Source: Alphaproteobacteria bacterium
GTDB taxonomy: Bacteria; Pseudomonadota; Alphaproteobacteria; SHVV01
Assembly (NCBI GenBank): GCA_965261735.1
Contig: OZ253470.1
Span: forward strand, 4,967,632-5,031,631
Direction: 5' to 3'
Length of the DNA: 64,000 nucleotides
Shown: positions 22,564 to 34,274 of the stretch, piece by piece
Position numbering within the stretch: the first letter of the stretch is position 1
Layout: each line of letters starts with the position of its first letter
Notes under the pieces: generated by a model
The model's input: only the letters and a program-made list of their open reading frames with translations
Database searches by the model: none
Told to the model about the DNA's origin: nothing
Position numbers and translations under genes: made by a program

Positions 22564-22854
22564 ACTGGGCGAGGCCTACGAGGTCGCCGATCAGGCGATC
22601 CAGTCGGTGGAGCAGGTGTCGGAGGTGCACTCGATTTCGGGTCAATACGATCTGATGATGAAGTGCTACCTCGCGCAGGACACCGACATCGGACATTTCG
22701 TGACGGAAAGGATCCAAAGGATCCCGGGAATCAAGGACACCTTCACGATCATCACGTTCAAGGCATTTGCCTGAACGCCGCGACCCGCAATAGTCTTGAC
22801 GCCACGCGCCAAGTTTCGCGCGAGGTTGCGGACGTGCCGAGGACAGCGGCCGAC

Positions 22855-23655
22855 ATGCGAGCCCAGCCCGGCGACCTCCCGCTTGCCGGACAACACGCCA
22901 TCGTCACGGGCGGCGGCCGCGGCATAGGAGCGGCCATCGCGGCCGAACTCGCTCGCCTCGGCGCGCACCTTAGCTTGATTGGGCGCGACCGCGGACGGAT
23001 CGAGGCGCGAGGGGCAGCACTGGCTCGCGATTTCGGGGCCACCGTCACGCCCTTTTCCGCCGACGTCACCGACGAGGGAGCGCTGGGTGAGGCGTTCGCC
23101 GGGGCCGCACACGCCTCCGGCACCGCGGCGATCCTCGTCAACAACGCAGGCGGGGCGCTGTCCGAGCCGTTCCTGAAAACCACGCCAGAGCAGTGGCAAC
23201 GGATGCTCGACGTCAATCTCACCGGGGCGTTCCTGTGCGCCCGTCTGGCGCTCCCGGGCATGATCGCCGCCGGATACGGCCGCATCGTCAATGTCGCCTC
23301 CACCGCCGGCTTGGTGCCCTACCGCTATGCCGCCGCCTATTGTGCCGCCAAGCACGGCCTCATAGGCCTCACCCGCGCGCTCGCCCTCGAGCTGGCGCGG
23401 ACCGATATCACCGTCAATGCCGTGTGCCCCGGCTTCACGGATACCGATCTCGTCGCCGAGGCGGTACGTAACATCGAGACGAAGACGGACCGCACAGCCG
23501 ATCAGGCGTTGGCCGCGCTGACCGCCACCAATCCGCAGGGCCGCCTGGTGCAGCCCGACGAGGTCGCCCGCGTGGTCGCGTGGCTGTGCCAACCGGGCAC
23601 GCAGTCGGTAACGGGCCAGTCCATTCCGGTGGCCGGGGGCGAGGTTATGTCATGA
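22855..23655 (+). CDS. Short-chain dehydrogenase/reductase
   Basis: TGGGRGIG, NNAG, YCAAK; typical member of aminobenzoyl/salicylyl-CoA clusters. Confidence 0.9.
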   Translation: MRAQPGDLPLAGQHAIVTGGGRGIGAAIAAELARLGAHLSLIGRDRGRIEARGAALARDFGATVTPFSADVTDEGALGEAFAGAAHASGTAAILVNNAGGALSEPFLKTTPEQWQRMLDVNLTGAFLCARLALPGMIAAGYGRIVNVASTAGLVPYRYAAAYCAAKHGLIGLTRALALELARTDITVNAVCPGFTDTDLVAEAVRNIETKTDRTADQALAALTATNPQGRLVQPDEVARVVAWLCQPGTQSVTGQSIPVAGGEVMS

Positions 23656-24185
23656 CCGAAGGCGCCCTATCGCCGCAAGGGCGTAGCGACCTCGAATCCG
23701 CCGTCCAGATCGACGACAAACTCGAGCTGCGCGCCTGGATCAGGCTCCTCACCTGCTCGACTCTGATCGAGCGCGAGGTGCGCGCACGCCTGCGCCGCGA
23801 ATTCGACACGACACTGCCGCGCTTCGATGTGCTGGCCCAGCTCGACCGGGCGCCTCGGGGCCTCAGCATGGGCGAGCTGTCCGACCGTATGATGGTATCG
23901 AACGGCAACATAACCGGCCTCGTCGTCAGGCTGGCGCAGGAGGGGCTCGTCACTCGGGCGCCGGCGGCCGGCGACAGGCGCACGCGCCTGGTCCGCCTCA
24001 CGGCCAAGGGCAAGCGCGCCTTCGATCGCATGACTCCGGCGAACGAGGCATGGATCGAGGCGATGATGGAGCAGGTTCCGCACGAGGACATGGCCCGGCT
24101 CCTCGCGCTTTTGGCCAAGCTCAAGCGCTCCATCGAGTCCGCCGTGGGTGAGCCTCAAGGGCCGCGTCCCGATGAAGGGCGCTGA
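23652..24185 (+). CDS. MarR family regulator
   Basis: [41 protein letters not shown]. Confidence 0.9.
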   Translation: MTEGALSPQGRSDLESAVQIDDKLELRAWIRLLTCSTLIEREVRARLRREFDTTLPRFDVLAQLDRAPRGLSMGELSDRMMVSNGNITGLVVRLAQEGLVTRAPAAGDRRTRLVRLTAKGKRAFDRMTPANEAWIEAMMEQVPHEDMARLLALLAKLKRSIESAVGEPQGPRPDEGR

Positions 24186-24987
24186 TCTTTCACCACAGCA
24201 CTTTCGCTGGGAGGTGGCCGAGCGGATCGCCACCATTACCCTCGATCGGCCCAAGAAGAAGAATCCCCTGACGTTCGAATCCTACGCCGAGCTCCGGGAC
24301 ACCTTCCGAGCCCTGGGCGAGGCCGAGGACGTGCGGGCCGTGGTCGTCACCGGCAGCGGTGGCAACTTCTGCTCGGGCGGCGACGTCGACGACATCATCG
24401 GCCCCCTCCAGCGCATGGACATGCCCGGCCTGCTCGCGTTCACGCGAATGACGGGCGATCTCGTCAAGGCGATGCGTGGTTGCCCGCAACCGATCGTCGC
24501 CGCGGTCGACGGCGTGTGCGCCGGCGCCGGAGCCTGCATCGCCATGGCCGCCGACATGCGCCTCGGCACCGCGCGGAGCAAGGTCGCCTTCCTGTTCACG
24601 CGCGTCGGCCTGGCGGGTTGCGACATGGGCGCCTGTGCCATCCTGCCGCGCCTCATCGGGCAGGGACGGGCCTCGGAGCTGCTCTATACCGGGCGTAGCA
24701 TGGACGGCGCCGAGGCCGCGCAATGGGGCTTCTACAACAACTTGTGCGAGCCCGGTCAATTGGCGACGCAAGCGCGCGCCCTCGCCGCCCGTATCACCGA
24801 GGGCCCCGGCTTCGCCCATGCCATGACCAAGAGCGCGCTCCATCAGGAGTGGGACATGGGCGTCGACGACGCGATCGAGGCCGAGGCCGAGGCGCAAGCG
24901 CAGGCGATCTGCATGCAGAGCAAGGATTTCGGCCGCGCCTACCGCGCCTTCGTCGCCCGCGAGAAGCCGGTGTTCGAGGGTGACTGA
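24172..24987 (+). CDS. Enoyl-CoA hydratase family protein
   Basis: [32 protein letters not shown]. Confidence 0.9.
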   Translation: MKGADLSPQHFRWEVAERIATITLDRPKKKNPLTFESYAELRDTFRALGEAEDVRAVVVTGSGGNFCSGGDVDDIIGPLQRMDMPGLLAFTRMTGDLVKAMRGCPQPIVAAVDGVCAGAGACIAMAADMRLGTARSKVAFLFTRVGLAGCDMGACAILPRLIGQGRASELLYTGRSMDGAEAAQWGFYNNLCEPGQLATQARALAARITEGPGFAHAMTKSALHQEWDMGVDDAIEAEAEAQAQAICMQSKDFGRAYRAFVAREKPVFEGD

Positions 24988-26195
24988 TGGCCGATCGCAC
25001 GTTTCTCGACTGGCCCTTTTTCGATGACGACCATCGCCGGATGGCGGCCGACCTAGCTGCGTGGACCGCGCGCGAGGTCGCACCGCTGGAGGGAGACGAG
25101 GGCGATCCACAGGCCCTGACCCGGCAGCTCGTCGCTAAGCTCGGCGCCGCCGGATGGCTTCGCCACGTGGTGCCGCGCGACTATGGCGGCGCGCGCGAGA
25201 CGCTCGACGTACGCTCTCTCTGCCTGGCCCGCGAAACGCTCGCCCGCGCCTTCGGCTTGGCCGAATACGCGTTCGCCATGCAAGGCCTCGGCTCGGCCTC
25301 CATCGCGCTGTTCGGTGGCGACGACCTCAAGCGCGCGTACCTGCCACCGGTGTGCGCGGGCGAGCGCATCGCCGCTTTCGCCATGACGGAACCGGGATCC
25401 GGCTCCGACTTCGGCTCGATCCAGACCACGGCCGTCGCCGCGCGCGACCACTACCGCCTCGACGGCGTCAAGACCCTGATCTCGAACGCCGGCATCGCCG
25501 ATCACTACATCCTGTTTGCACGCACCGGCGAAGCCGGCGCCAAGGGCTTGAGCGCGTTCGTCGTCGATGCCGATGCGCCGGGCCTCGAGGTGAGCGAAAG
25601 ACAGCACCTGATGGCGCCTCACCCGATCGGGGCGCTGAGGCTCACGAACTGCCGCGTCCCCAAGGCCCATCGGCTGGGCGCGCCCGGTGACGGCTTTACC
25701 ATCGCCATGGCGACGCTCGACATCTTCCGCCCGAGCGTGGGCGCGGCCGCGGTTGGCCTCGCCAGGCGCGCGCTCGACGAGGCGATCGGCTTCACCGCCG
25801 CGCGCGAGGCCTTCGGGCAAACGCTGGCGGACCTCCAGCTCGTACAGGCGAAGCTCGCCGACATGGCGACGGAGATCGATGCCAGCGCCCTCCTCGTCTA
25901 CCGCGCGGCCTGGGCGGGCGATACCTCGGACGCACGCACGAGCCGCGAGGCGGCGATGGCCAAGATGTACGCCACCGAGGCCGCGCAGCGGGTTATCGAC
26001 TCGGCGGTGCAGCTCCACGGCGGCCGCGGCGTGCTTCGGGGCGAGACTGTGGAGCGCCTCTACCGCGAAGTCCGCGCCCTCAGGATCTACGAGGGCGCGA
26101 CGGACATTCAGAAGCTCATCATCGCCCGCCACACCCTCAAGGCCGCGGAGGCGGCCGCGCCCGCCAAGCGACGTGGCGCTGCGAGCCCGCGCTAA
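24987..26195 (+). CDS. Acyl-CoA dehydrogenase
   Basis: [30 protein letters not shown]. Confidence 0.92.
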   Translation: MADRTFLDWPFFDDDHRRMAADLAAWTAREVAPLEGDEGDPQALTRQLVAKLGAAGWLRHVVPRDYGGARETLDVRSLCLARETLARAFGLAEYAFAMQGLGSASIALFGGDDLKRAYLPPVCAGERIAAFAMTEPGSGSDFGSIQTTAVAARDHYRLDGVKTLISNAGIADHYILFARTGEAGAKGLSAFVVDADAPGLEVSERQHLMAPHPIGALRLTNCRVPKAHRLGAPGDGFTIAMATLDIFRPSVGAAAVGLARRALDEAIGFTAAREAFGQTLADLQLVQAKLADMATEIDASALLVYRAAWAGDTSDARTSREAAMAKMYATEAAQRVIDSAVQLHGGRGVLRGETVERLYREVRALRIYEGATDIQKLIIARHTLKAAEAAAPAKRRGAASPR

Positions 26196-26206
26196 GGCAT
26201 CGCGCC

Positions 26207-27832
26207 ATGTTCGAGCCGTCGGCGCACCAGGACACCTTCGCGCGCGACCATCTGCCGCCCCGCGAGCTGTGGCCGGAGATGGACTGGGCGGCGACGCCCG
26301 AGCTCGCCGCCTATCCGGCGCGCATGAACTGTGCGGCCGCGCTCCTGGATGCGCAGGTGCAGGCGGGGCGCGGCACGCGCCCGTGTTGCCATTTTGCCGG
26401 TACGGTCTGGACCTACGGCGACATGCTGGCCACCGCGAACCGCTACGCTCACGTGCTCGTGGACGATCTCGGCGTGGTGCCCGGCAACCGGATACTCCTG
26501 CGCGCCCCGAACAACCCACAGGCGCTCGCCGTATGGTTCGCGATCCTCAAGGTGGGGGCCGTGGCAGTGGCGACGATGCCGCTACTTCGAGCCCGCGAGC
26601 TGGGCCACATCTGCAACAGAGCAAGGGTTGTATTTGCCATACATGACAGTCGGTTATCAGATGAACTTCACAAAGCGAAGGCGCTGACGCCGCAGCTCAC
26701 CTCGATCCTCGACACGGCGGAGCTCGGCACGCTCTCGCGGTCCAAGCCCGAGACCTTCAATAATGTCGACGCGGCGGCGGACGATGTCGCCCTGATCGCC
26801 TTCACCTCGGGCACCACCGGCCCCGCCAAGGGCTGCATGCATTTCCACCGCGACGTGTTGGCGATCTGCGACACCTTTTCGCGCCGCGTGCTGCAGCCCA
26901 ACGAGGACGACGTCTTTTGCGGCACGCCGCCGATCGCCTTCACGTTCGGGCTCGGGGTGCTCGTTGCCTTCCCCTTTCACGTCGGCGCATCGGTGGCGCT
27001 CATCGAGCAACCGAGCCCCGAAGCCTTGCTGCAAACCATCGCCGAAACCGGCGCCACGATCTGCGCCACCGCGCCGATCGCCTATCGGGCCATGGCGGAC
27101 ATGGCCGCGGGCTACGACCTATCGAGCCTGCGCGCCTGCATATCGGCCGGCGAGACGCTGCCGCTCGCGATCTACCAGGCGTGGGAGGCGGCAACCGGAA
27201 TTCGGACGATTGATGGCCTGGGCGCGACCGAGATGCTGCATATCTTCATTTCCGCTGCGGGAGACGACATCCGCCCCGGCACCACCGGCCGCGCGGTGCC
27301 AGGCTTCCAGGCGCGCGTGGTCGACGAGGCGGGCCGAGACGTGCCCGCCGATACCGTCGGCCGGCTCGCCGTGCGCGGGCCGACCGGCTGCCGCTACCTC
27401 GACGACATCGAGCGCCAAAAGGCCTACGTCCAGGACGGCTGGAACCTCACGGGTGATTCCTATCGCCGCGACGCCGAGGGCTATTACTGGTTCCAGGCGC
27501 TCACCGACGACATGATCGTCGCCGCCGGCTACAATGTCTCCGGCCCCGAGGTCGAGGGCGTGCTGTTGGAGCACGCCGCGGTCGCGGAGTGCGCGGTGGT
27601 CGGCTGCCCCGACGCGGAGCGCGGCACCGTCGTCAAGGCCTTCATCAAGCTCCGCGAGGGCGTGGCGGAGAGCCCGGCGCTCGTCGAGGAGTTACAGGAT
27701 TTCGTGACGGCCGGGATCGCACCCTACAAGTACCCGCGCGCCATCGAGTTCGTCGCCGCCCTGCCGCGCACCGAAACCGGCAAGCTACAGCGCTACAAGC
27801 TGCGCGAGCAGGAACGGTCCGGGGCCGGCTGA
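26207..27832 (+). CDS. 2-aminobenzoate-CoA ligase-like acyl-CoA synthetase
   Basis: SAHQDTFARDHLPP, FTSGTTGPAKGCMHFHRD, GATEMLHIF, GPTGCRYL, APYKYPR. Confidence 0.85.
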   Translation: MFEPSAHQDTFARDHLPPRELWPEMDWAATPELAAYPARMNCAAALLDAQVQAGRGTRPCCHFAGTVWTYGDMLATANRYAHVLVDDLGVVPGNRILLRAPNNPQALAVWFAILKVGAVAVATMPLLRARELGHICNRARVVFAIHDSRLSDELHKAKALTPQLTSILDTAELGTLSRSKPETFNNVDAAADDVALIAFTSGTTGPAKGCMHFHRDVLAICDTFSRRVLQPNEDDVFCGTPPIAFTFGLGVLVAFPFHVGASVALIEQPSPEALLQTIAETGATICATAPIAYRAMADMAAGYDLSSLRACISAGETLPLAIYQAWEAATGIRTIDGLGATEMLHIFISAAGDDIRPGTTGRAVPGFQARVVDEAGRDVPADTVGRLAVRGPTGCRYLDDIERQKAYVQDGWNLTGDSYRRDAEGYYWFQALTDDMIVAAGYNVSGPEVEGVLLEHAAVAECAVVGCPDAERGTVVKAFIKLREGVAESPALVEELQDFVTAGIAPYKYPRAIEFVAALPRTETGKLQRYKLREQERSGAG

Positions 27833-27847
27833 GCCCTCCGATCCCGC

Positions 27848-28636
27848 ATGGCCGTCGAACCCGCCTTTGAGAATATCCTGGTCGAGATGCCGCGCCCGTT
27901 CGTGCGCCTGATAACGCTGAACCGCCCCCAGCAGCTCAACGCACTGAGCGCTAGCTTGCTCGGCGGGATCGTGGATGCGCTCGGCCTCGCCGCGAACGAT
28001 GAGGCCGTTCGGGTCGTCGTGATCACCGGCGGCGAAAAGGTGTTCGCGGCCGGCGCCGACCTCAACGAAATGGCGGCGCGTGAGATGGCGACCTCGCTGT
28101 TCGACGAGCGCAGTCAGCACTGGCAGGCGATACGAGGCTTCTCCAAGCCCCTGATCGCGGCCGTCAACGGCTTCGCGCTCGGCGGCGGGTGCGAGCTCGC
28201 GATGATGGCCGACATCATCCTGGCCGGCGACAGCGCCCGCTTTGGCCAGCCCGAGGTCAATCTCGGCATCATGCCGGGCGCCGGCGGCACGCAGCGCCTC
28301 GCGCGCGCGGTCGGTAAATCATTGGCGATGAAGATGATCCTCGCCGGCGAGATGATCGACGCGAAGACCGCACTCGCGGCGGGATTGGTCGCCGAGGTGG
28401 TGCCGCACGAGGTGACGATCGAACGGGCCCTGGCGCTGGCCCGAACCATCGCCGCGAAGCCGCCGATCGCGGTGCGCCTGGCCAAGGAGGCGGTGCTCAA
28501 ATCGTTCGACATGACGCTCGAGGCTGGGCTCGACTTCGAGCGCCGGGCCTTCGCGATCCTGCTCGCCACCGAGGACAAGCGCGAGGGCGTGGCGGCCTTC
28601 CTCGAGAAGCGCAAACCTGAGTTCAAGGGCCGCTAG
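27848..28636 (+). CDS. paaF: 2,3-dehydroadipyl-CoA hydratase
   Basis: FAAGADL, GFALGGGCELAM, PGAGGTQRLARAVGKSLAMKM. Confidence 0.75.
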   Translation: MAVEPAFENILVEMPRPFVRLITLNRPQQLNALSASLLGGIVDALGLAANDEAVRVVVITGGEKVFAAGADLNEMAAREMATSLFDERSQHWQAIRGFSKPLIAAVNGFALGGGCELAMMADIILAGDSARFGQPEVNLGIMPGAGGTQRLARAVGKSLAMKMILAGEMIDAKTALAAGLVAEVVPHEVTIERALALARTIAAKPPIAVRLAKEAVLKSFDMTLEAGLDFERRAFAILLATEDKREGVAAFLEKRKPEFKGR

Positions 28637-28647
28637 GGGGGCACCTG

Positions 28648-29430
28648 ATGAGCTTCGAGACGATCCTCTTCGACATCGACGCCGGGGTCGCGACCCTGAC
28701 GCTCAACCGGCCCGACGTCCTCAACAGCTTCAACGCCCAGATGCACGAGGAGATCCGCGCGGCGCTCAAGCAGGTGGGCGAAAACGACGAGGTGCGGGCG
28801 ATGCTGTTGACCGGCGCGGGGCGCGCCTTCTCCGCGGGCCAGGACCTCGGCGACCGCGCCGTCGGCGCGCCCGCCGACCTCGCCGAATCGCTGGAGAAGA
28901 ACTACAACCGTCTGGTCCGGTCCTTGCGCGAGCTCGAGCTTCCCGTGGTCTGCGCGGTCAACGGCGTCGCCGCCGGCGCCGGCGCCAACATAGCGCTCGC
29001 CTGCGACATCGTGCTCGCCGCCCGGTCCGCCGATTTCATCCAGGCCTTCGTGCGCATCGGGCTGGTACCGGACGCGGGCGGCAGCTACATCCTGCCGCGC
29101 CTCGTCGGCCGGGCGCGCGCCACCGCCCTCGCCATGCTCGGCGAGAAGCTGCCGGCCGAGACCGCCGAAGGTTGGGGGCTGATCTGGAAATGCGTCGACG
29201 ACGACGCGCTCGCGGGCGAGGCCAAGGCGCTGGCCGAAAGGCTCGCGAAGCAGCCCACCCGTGCGCTTGCGCTGATGAAGCGGGCGTTGAACGCCTCCTT
29301 CGAGAACTCGCTCTCGCAGCAGCTCGACCTCGAGCGCGATCTCCAGTCGATCGCGAGCAAGAGCGCGGACTTCAAGGAGGGCGTGGCCGCGTTTCTCGAG
29401 AAGCGTCCTGCGGTGTTCAGCGGCCGCTGA
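28648..29430 (+). CDS. paaG: 2-(1,2-epoxy-1,2-dihydrophenyl)acetyl-CoA isomerase
   Basis: [43 protein letters not shown]. Confidence 0.85.
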   Translation: MSFETILFDIDAGVATLTLNRPDVLNSFNAQMHEEIRAALKQVGENDEVRAMLLTGAGRAFSAGQDLGDRAVGAPADLAESLEKNYNRLVRSLRELELPVVCAVNGVAAGAGANIALACDIVLAARSADFIQAFVRIGLVPDAGGSYILPRLVGRARATALAMLGEKLPAETAEGWGLIWKCVDDDALAGEAKALAERLAKQPTRALALMKRALNASFENSLSQQLDLERDLQSIASKSADFKEGVAAFLEKRPAVFSGR

Positions 29431-29476
29431 GGGAGATATCCTCGTCCGCACCTCGCGCCCTGGAAGGAGACCAAAG

Positions 29477-30685
29477 TTGAGCGAAGCCTTTATTTGCGAT
29501 GCCGTGCGCACGCCGTTCGGCCGCTACGGCGGGGCGCTTTCGACCGTGCGCGCGGACGATCTCGCGGCGATCCCGATTCGCGCCCTGATGGAGCGCAACC
29601 CGGGCGTGGCCTGGGAGGAGCTCGACGACGTGATCTACGGCAACGCCAACCAGGCGGGCGAGGACAACCGCAACGTCGCCCGCATGGGCGCGCTGCTCGC
29701 TGGGCTGCCCGATTCGGTCCCTGGTGTGACCGTCAACCGGCTGTGCGGCTCCGGTCTCGAGGCCGTGGCCGGTGGCGCCCGCGCGATCAAGACCGGGGAG
29801 GCGCGGCTCGTGATAGCGGGCGGCGCCGAGAGCATGAGCCGGGCGCCCTTCGTCATGCCCAAGGCCGACGCCGCCTTCTCACGCCGCCACGAGATCTACG
29901 ACACCACGCTCGGCTGGCGCTTCGTCAACCCCAGGATGAAGGCCATGTACGGCGTCGATTCGATGCCGGAAACGGCCGAGAACCTGGCTAAGGAGCAACA
30001 GATCTCACGCGCCGATCAGGACGCGTTCGCGCTACGTAGCCAGCAGCGCGCCGGCGCCGCCCTCGATTCGGGCGTTTTCGCCGAGGAGATCGTGCCGGTC
30101 ACCATCCCACGGCGCAAGGGCGAGGATGTCGTCGTCGACACCGACGAGCATCCCCGACCCGACAGCACGCTGGAGGGGCTCGCGGAGCTGCCAGCCCTAT
30201 TCCGCGAGGACGGTACGGTCACCGCGGGCAACGCCTCCGGCGTCAACGATGGCGCGGGCGCTCTGTTGCTGGCCTCGGAGGAGGCGGTTGCGGACTACGG
30301 GCTTACGCCGCGCGCCCGCGTCGTCGGTGGCGCCAGCGCAGGCGTGCCGCCGCGCGTCATGGGCATCGGACCCGCGCCAGCCTCCGAAAAAGTGTGGCGG
30401 CGCCTCGGGCTCGGCCGCGACGACATGGACGTGGTCGAGCTCAACGAGGCTTTCGCCGCCCAGGGACTCGCCGTGCTGCGCCAGCTCGGCATCGCGGACG
30501 ATGCCGAACACGTCAACCCCAACGGCGGCGCCATCGCCCTCGGCCACCCGCTGGGCGCCAGCGGCGCGCGCCTGGCGATGACGGCACTGCACCAACTCGA
30601 GCACATCGATGGCCGCTACGCGCTGTGCACGATGTGCATCGGTGTCGGCCAGGGCATCGCCGTCGTCATCGAGCGGGTACACTAG
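29477..30685 (+). CDS. pcaF: 3-oxoadipyl-CoA thiolase (PcaF/PaaJ)
   Basis: [38 protein letters not shown]. Confidence 0.9.
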   Translation: MSEAFICDAVRTPFGRYGGALSTVRADDLAAIPIRALMERNPGVAWEELDDVIYGNANQAGEDNRNVARMGALLAGLPDSVPGVTVNRLCGSGLEAVAGGARAIKTGEARLVIAGGAESMSRAPFVMPKADAAFSRRHEIYDTTLGWRFVNPRMKAMYGVDSMPETAENLAKEQQISRADQDAFALRSQQRAGAALDSGVFAEEIVPVTIPRRKGEDVVVDTDEHPRPDSTLEGLAELPALFREDGTVTAGNASGVNDGAGALLLASEEAVADYGLTPRARVVGGASAGVPPRVMGIGPAPASEKVWRRLGLGRDDMDVVELNEAFAAQGLAVLRQLGIADDAEHVNPNGGAIALGHPLGASGARLAMTALHQLEHIDGRYALCTMCIGVGQGIAVVIERVH

Positions 30686-30714
30686 AGGGGCGACGGTCCG
30701 GTCCTCCGCCGCTT

Positions 30715-31053
30715 TCACTTGCGCTTAGACTTGGCTTTGTCCCTGTTCGCGGTTCTCGCCACGTCCGCCGCCTTGGCCGCCCATTCGAGCACCGCATCGC
30801 GGTCCTCGAGCACCTCGCTCGGGACCTCGTAGTACGGCATCGCCATCGACTTTCCCCTACGGCCCTCGTAGAGGAACGGTCCCATACCCGCGGCTATGTA
30901 ATCCTCGCGGTTGGCGTCGCCGGTCTTGAAATAGATCGCGTCATTGGCGATCAGGCCGAACATCACGCCATCGACGAAAATGCCGAAGCCGCCGAACATG
31001 GCGCGCACGTTGGCATCCATCGGGGCCAGCAAATCGACTACGAAATCCCGCAT
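30715..31053 (-). CDS. TfoX/Sxy N-terminal domain protein
   Basis: RAMFGGFGIF..MFGLI..YFK..MPYYEVP. Confidence 0.85.
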   Translation of the reverse strand: MRDFVVDLLAPMDANVRAMFGGFGIFVDGVMFGLIANDAIYFKTGDANREDYIAAGMGPFLYEGRRGKSMAMPYYEVPSEVLEDRDAVLEWAAKAADVARTANRDKAKSKRK

Positions 31054-31208
31054 CTCGGATCGTGCCTTCACCTCGCCCTCCCGCGGCAGATTGAGGGGTG
31101 AGCAAAGCACGAATGAGGCCCCGCGTTCCAGCACGAGGTAGGGCGCAGGTGCTGGCGATACTCCGGCGGGCTGGGTTAACCTCGGGCTCCACTCGCGGAG
31201 CCCCGGCC

Positions 31209-32006
31209 ATGATCATCGGCCAAATCACCGACCTGCACATTGCGCCGCCCGGCCACCGCGTCGATCGGCGCTATCGCACCGCATGGCACCTCGAGCGCGC
31301 CGTGACGCACATCCAGGCTCTGGCGCAGCCGCCGGACGTCCTCCTGCTCACCGGCGATCTCGTCGAGGAGGGAACGGCGGCCGAGTACGAACGCCTCGTC
31401 GACCTCCTCGCCCCGCTCGCCATGCCGCTCTACGCCATACCGGGCAACCACGACACGCGCGCGGGTTTGCGCGCCGCCTTTGCCGGCCTGCCGGGCGAGG
31501 ACCGCGACTTCGTTCAATACACGGTCGATGACCACGCCGTGCGCCTGATCGCCCTCGACACCCTCATTCCCGGCGAGCCCGGAGGCGAGCTGTGCGCGGC
31601 CCGCCTCGACTGGCTCGAGGCACGCCTTGCCGAGGCGCTCGAGGCGCCGACGATGATTCTGATGCACCACCCGCCCTTTCTCACCGGCCTCGCGGCCATG
31701 GATCGCAACGGCAGCCATCTGGGGCTCAAAGGGGCCGAACGGCTCGGCGCAATCGTTGCCCGCCACCGCCAGATCGTGCGCATCGTCTCGGGCCATATCC
31801 ACCGCCCGATCAGCGTGAGCTGGCACGGGACCACGGCGAGCGTCGCACCGAGCACGGCCCACCAGATCGCGCTCGACCTGGGCGACGGTGCGATCACCAC
31901 GGTCATGGAGCCGCCGGCCCTGCAGCTCCATGTGTGGATGCCGGGCCACGGGCTGGTCACGCATACGAGCTATATCGGCGACTACCCGGCCCCGCCGCCC
32001 GAGTGA
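31209..32006 (+). CDS. Metallophosphoesterase (GpdQ/CpdA-like phosphodiesterase)
   Basis: TDLH, TGDL, PGNHD, HHPP, GHIH. Confidence 0.9.
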   Translation: MIIGQITDLHIAPPGHRVDRRYRTAWHLERAVTHIQALAQPPDVLLLTGDLVEEGTAAEYERLVDLLAPLAMPLYAIPGNHDTRAGLRAAFAGLPGEDRDFVQYTVDDHAVRLIALDTLIPGEPGGELCAARLDWLEARLAEALEAPTMILMHHPPFLTGLAAMDRNGSHLGLKGAERLGAIVARHRQIVRIVSGHIHRPISVSWHGTTASVAPSTAHQIALDLGDGAITTVMEPPALQLHVWMPGHGLVTHTSYIGDYPAPPPE

Positions 32007-32880
32007 GCGGCGGCGGGCTCCGCGCGAGGGTACAACCGCTACCGTAGTCGCATGTATGAAAGGGTGCAGGGATGGTCGAGAATTGACCATCCTCGCGCTT
32101 CGTCCGCTGAGTGCCAAATCAGACCCTATCGTTGTCCAATCAGCGCCTAAACAAACGCTTAGGAGACCTAATAGCCTTCAGGAGCGTCAACGGTGTCAAA
32201 GTGTTCGTCGAAGGCCGAACCTTGCCTATCCGATTAACGCCCATGACCGCTACATGTAGGGTGCCGCCACTCTCCCGAGTAAAGCTCGGCATAGGTTGGA
32301 GCAGAGGTGTCGCCCGCGATGCCGAGCAATGAGCGGAAGGCGTTGAACGGGTAGAACCGCCTGTTGAAGCGGAAGGTGAACTCGTTGAGGTAGGCTTGTA
32401 GGTGCTGGTGGCTAACGCCGTGGTGGATACCGACCAGCCACGTCTTCAGGTTGGAGAAAACCAGATGGATGATCGGCAGGTATTGCTCGGCAACCTCTGG
32501 ATCACCACACTCGGCAACAGCGAAGTGCTCATAGCCGCGCTTACCGAGGCCAGCATAGCCGCTCCAATCGTCAGTAACGATCAGCGATCGCGGCGCGACG
32601 GTGCTCTCGACGAACCCACAGAGCGACTCGGCGCTACGGTCGAGCACGACGTCGATGGCACAGGAGACGGGAACCTTGTGGTGAACACCACGGCCTTCCC
32701 CACGCGTTCGCCCGCCAACCCAGGTTTCGTCCACCTCAACATGGTTCTTGGGCTGTCCACCGATCCTGTCTTGGTTGGGCCGCACCATGCCCGAGCGGAG
32801 CTTGTGGAGAATTTGAAAGGCCGTCTCGTAGCGCGAAAGACCAAGTTGCCGCTGAAACTGCACGGCGGACATGCCGGGCG

Positions 32881-34274
32881 GGCTGTGTCTCGAAAGTGGT
32901 GGAAATTTGAGGATGGCGTAATCTCCGGGTGACAAGACAACCACCCAATCGGCGGCTAGCACCGCCAAGGAGATCACGCCATGAAGAACACTACCGAGAC
33001 TTCCGCGCTTTCGCTACTGGCCAATGACGCCGGCTATGATCCGCTCGAGGACCGGCTGCGGGAGAACATCAGATCCACGATCGAGGCCGTTTTTGAGGAG
33101 GAACTTGCGCAGTTTCTCGGGCGCTGCCGATACGGTCGAGAGGACGCGCTTCGGCAAGGGTATCGGAACGGGCACCGGGAGCGGCAACTGACGGGGACAT
33201 TCGGGACCGAGAGGGTGAGCGTGCCGCGTGCGCGGATCGTTGAGGAAGACGGTCGGGCGTCGGAATGGCGTTCGCGGGCGCTGCCGCGCTACCAGCGGCT
33301 GACCAGAAAGGCCGAGGCGCTGATCGCTTCGGTGTATCTGTCCGGAACCAACACGCGGCGGGTGAAACGCGCGCTGTTCGGGCTCTTCCGGGGTGCTGTG
33401 AGCAAGGACGTTGTGAGCCGGGCGTGGCGCAAGGTGAAGGTCGATTGGGACGCCTGGTGCAGCCGTGGCCTCGCGGATGAGGATATCGTTCGGCTGATCC
33501 TTGACGGCACTGTGATCAAGACCCGACTGGACCGCAAGGCCACCAACATCTCGGTTCTCGCGGCTATAGGGGTGCGCCGGGATGGCCAGAAGGTCTTGCT
33601 TTCGATCGGGAATATGGGCGGAGAAAGCCAGGCGGCGTGGCGCCAGTTCCTCGACGACCTTGATGCGCGTGGACTGAAACGGCCCGGGTTTGTCATCGTC
33701 GATGGCGCGCCGGGACTGGAGGCGGCTCTGTCGGCGCTTTGGGGCGATGACCTTCCCGTTCAACGCTGCACCGTGCACAAGCACCGCAACCTTCTGGGTC
33801 ATGCTCCCAAACACATGCATGACGAGCTGAGCGAAGATTACCGCGATATGATCTATGCCGACACTGCCTCCGAGGTGGAAACCCGCCGCAAGGCGTTTGT
33901 CCGCAAGTGGCGGCTGAAATGCAGGGCCGTCGCGGACAGCCTCGCAGAAGCGGGCGACAAGCTCTTTACCTTCACGCGCCTGTCCAAGAGCCAATGGAAA
34001 TCAGCCCGAACGACCAACGCCATTGAGCGTCTCAACGAGGAGTTCAAGCGCCGGATCAAAACACAGACCGTGCTGCCGTGTCCCGAAACAGTGCCGATGC
34101 TCCTCTGGGCACTCCTCGCTTCCGGCCAAATCCAGATGCGCAAAGTCGATGGATGGGAAACCCTCGATCAGCTAATCGCCGACGAAACCCTTGACCGCGC
34201 AGCCTGACCGCCGCAAAACTCAACCCGCTCGGAGAGGCGCCAAAACCAATTTCCACCACTTTCGAGACACAACC
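32881..34274 (+). mobile_element. IS256-family element (type a)
   Basis: TIR gg(c/t)tgtgtctcgaaagtggtggaaatt; 8-bp TSD GCCGGGCG at 32873-32880 and 34275-34282. Confidence 0.95.
32981..34207 (+). CDS. IS256 transposase (intact ORF)
   Basis: GYRNG, LILDG, VDGAPGL, QRCTVH, TTNAIERLNEE. Confidence 0.95.
   Translation: MKNTTETSALSLLANDAGYDPLEDRLRENIRSTIEAVFEEELAQFLGRCRYGREDALRQGYRNGHRERQLTGTFGTERVSVPRARIVEEDGRASEWRSRALPRYQRLTRKAEALIASVYLSGTNTRRVKRALFGLFRGAVSKDVVSRAWRKVKVDWDAWCSRGLADEDIVRLILDGTVIKTRLDRKATNISVLAAIGVRRDGQKVLLSIGNMGGESQAAWRQFLDDLDARGLKRPGFVIVDGAPGLEAALSALWGDDLPVQRCTVHKHRNLLGHAPKHMHDELSEDYRDMIYADTASEVETRRKAFVRKWRLKCRAVADSLAEAGDKLFTFTRLSKSQWKSARTTNAIERLNEEFKRRIKTQTVLPCPETVPMLLWALLASGQIQMRKVDGWETLDQLIADETLDRAA

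Noticed and set aside
24877-24906. Short repeat expansion ([10 protein letters not shown]) in the enoyl-CoA hydratase
   Set aside because: In-frame duplication of about 6 bp with no evident functional meaning
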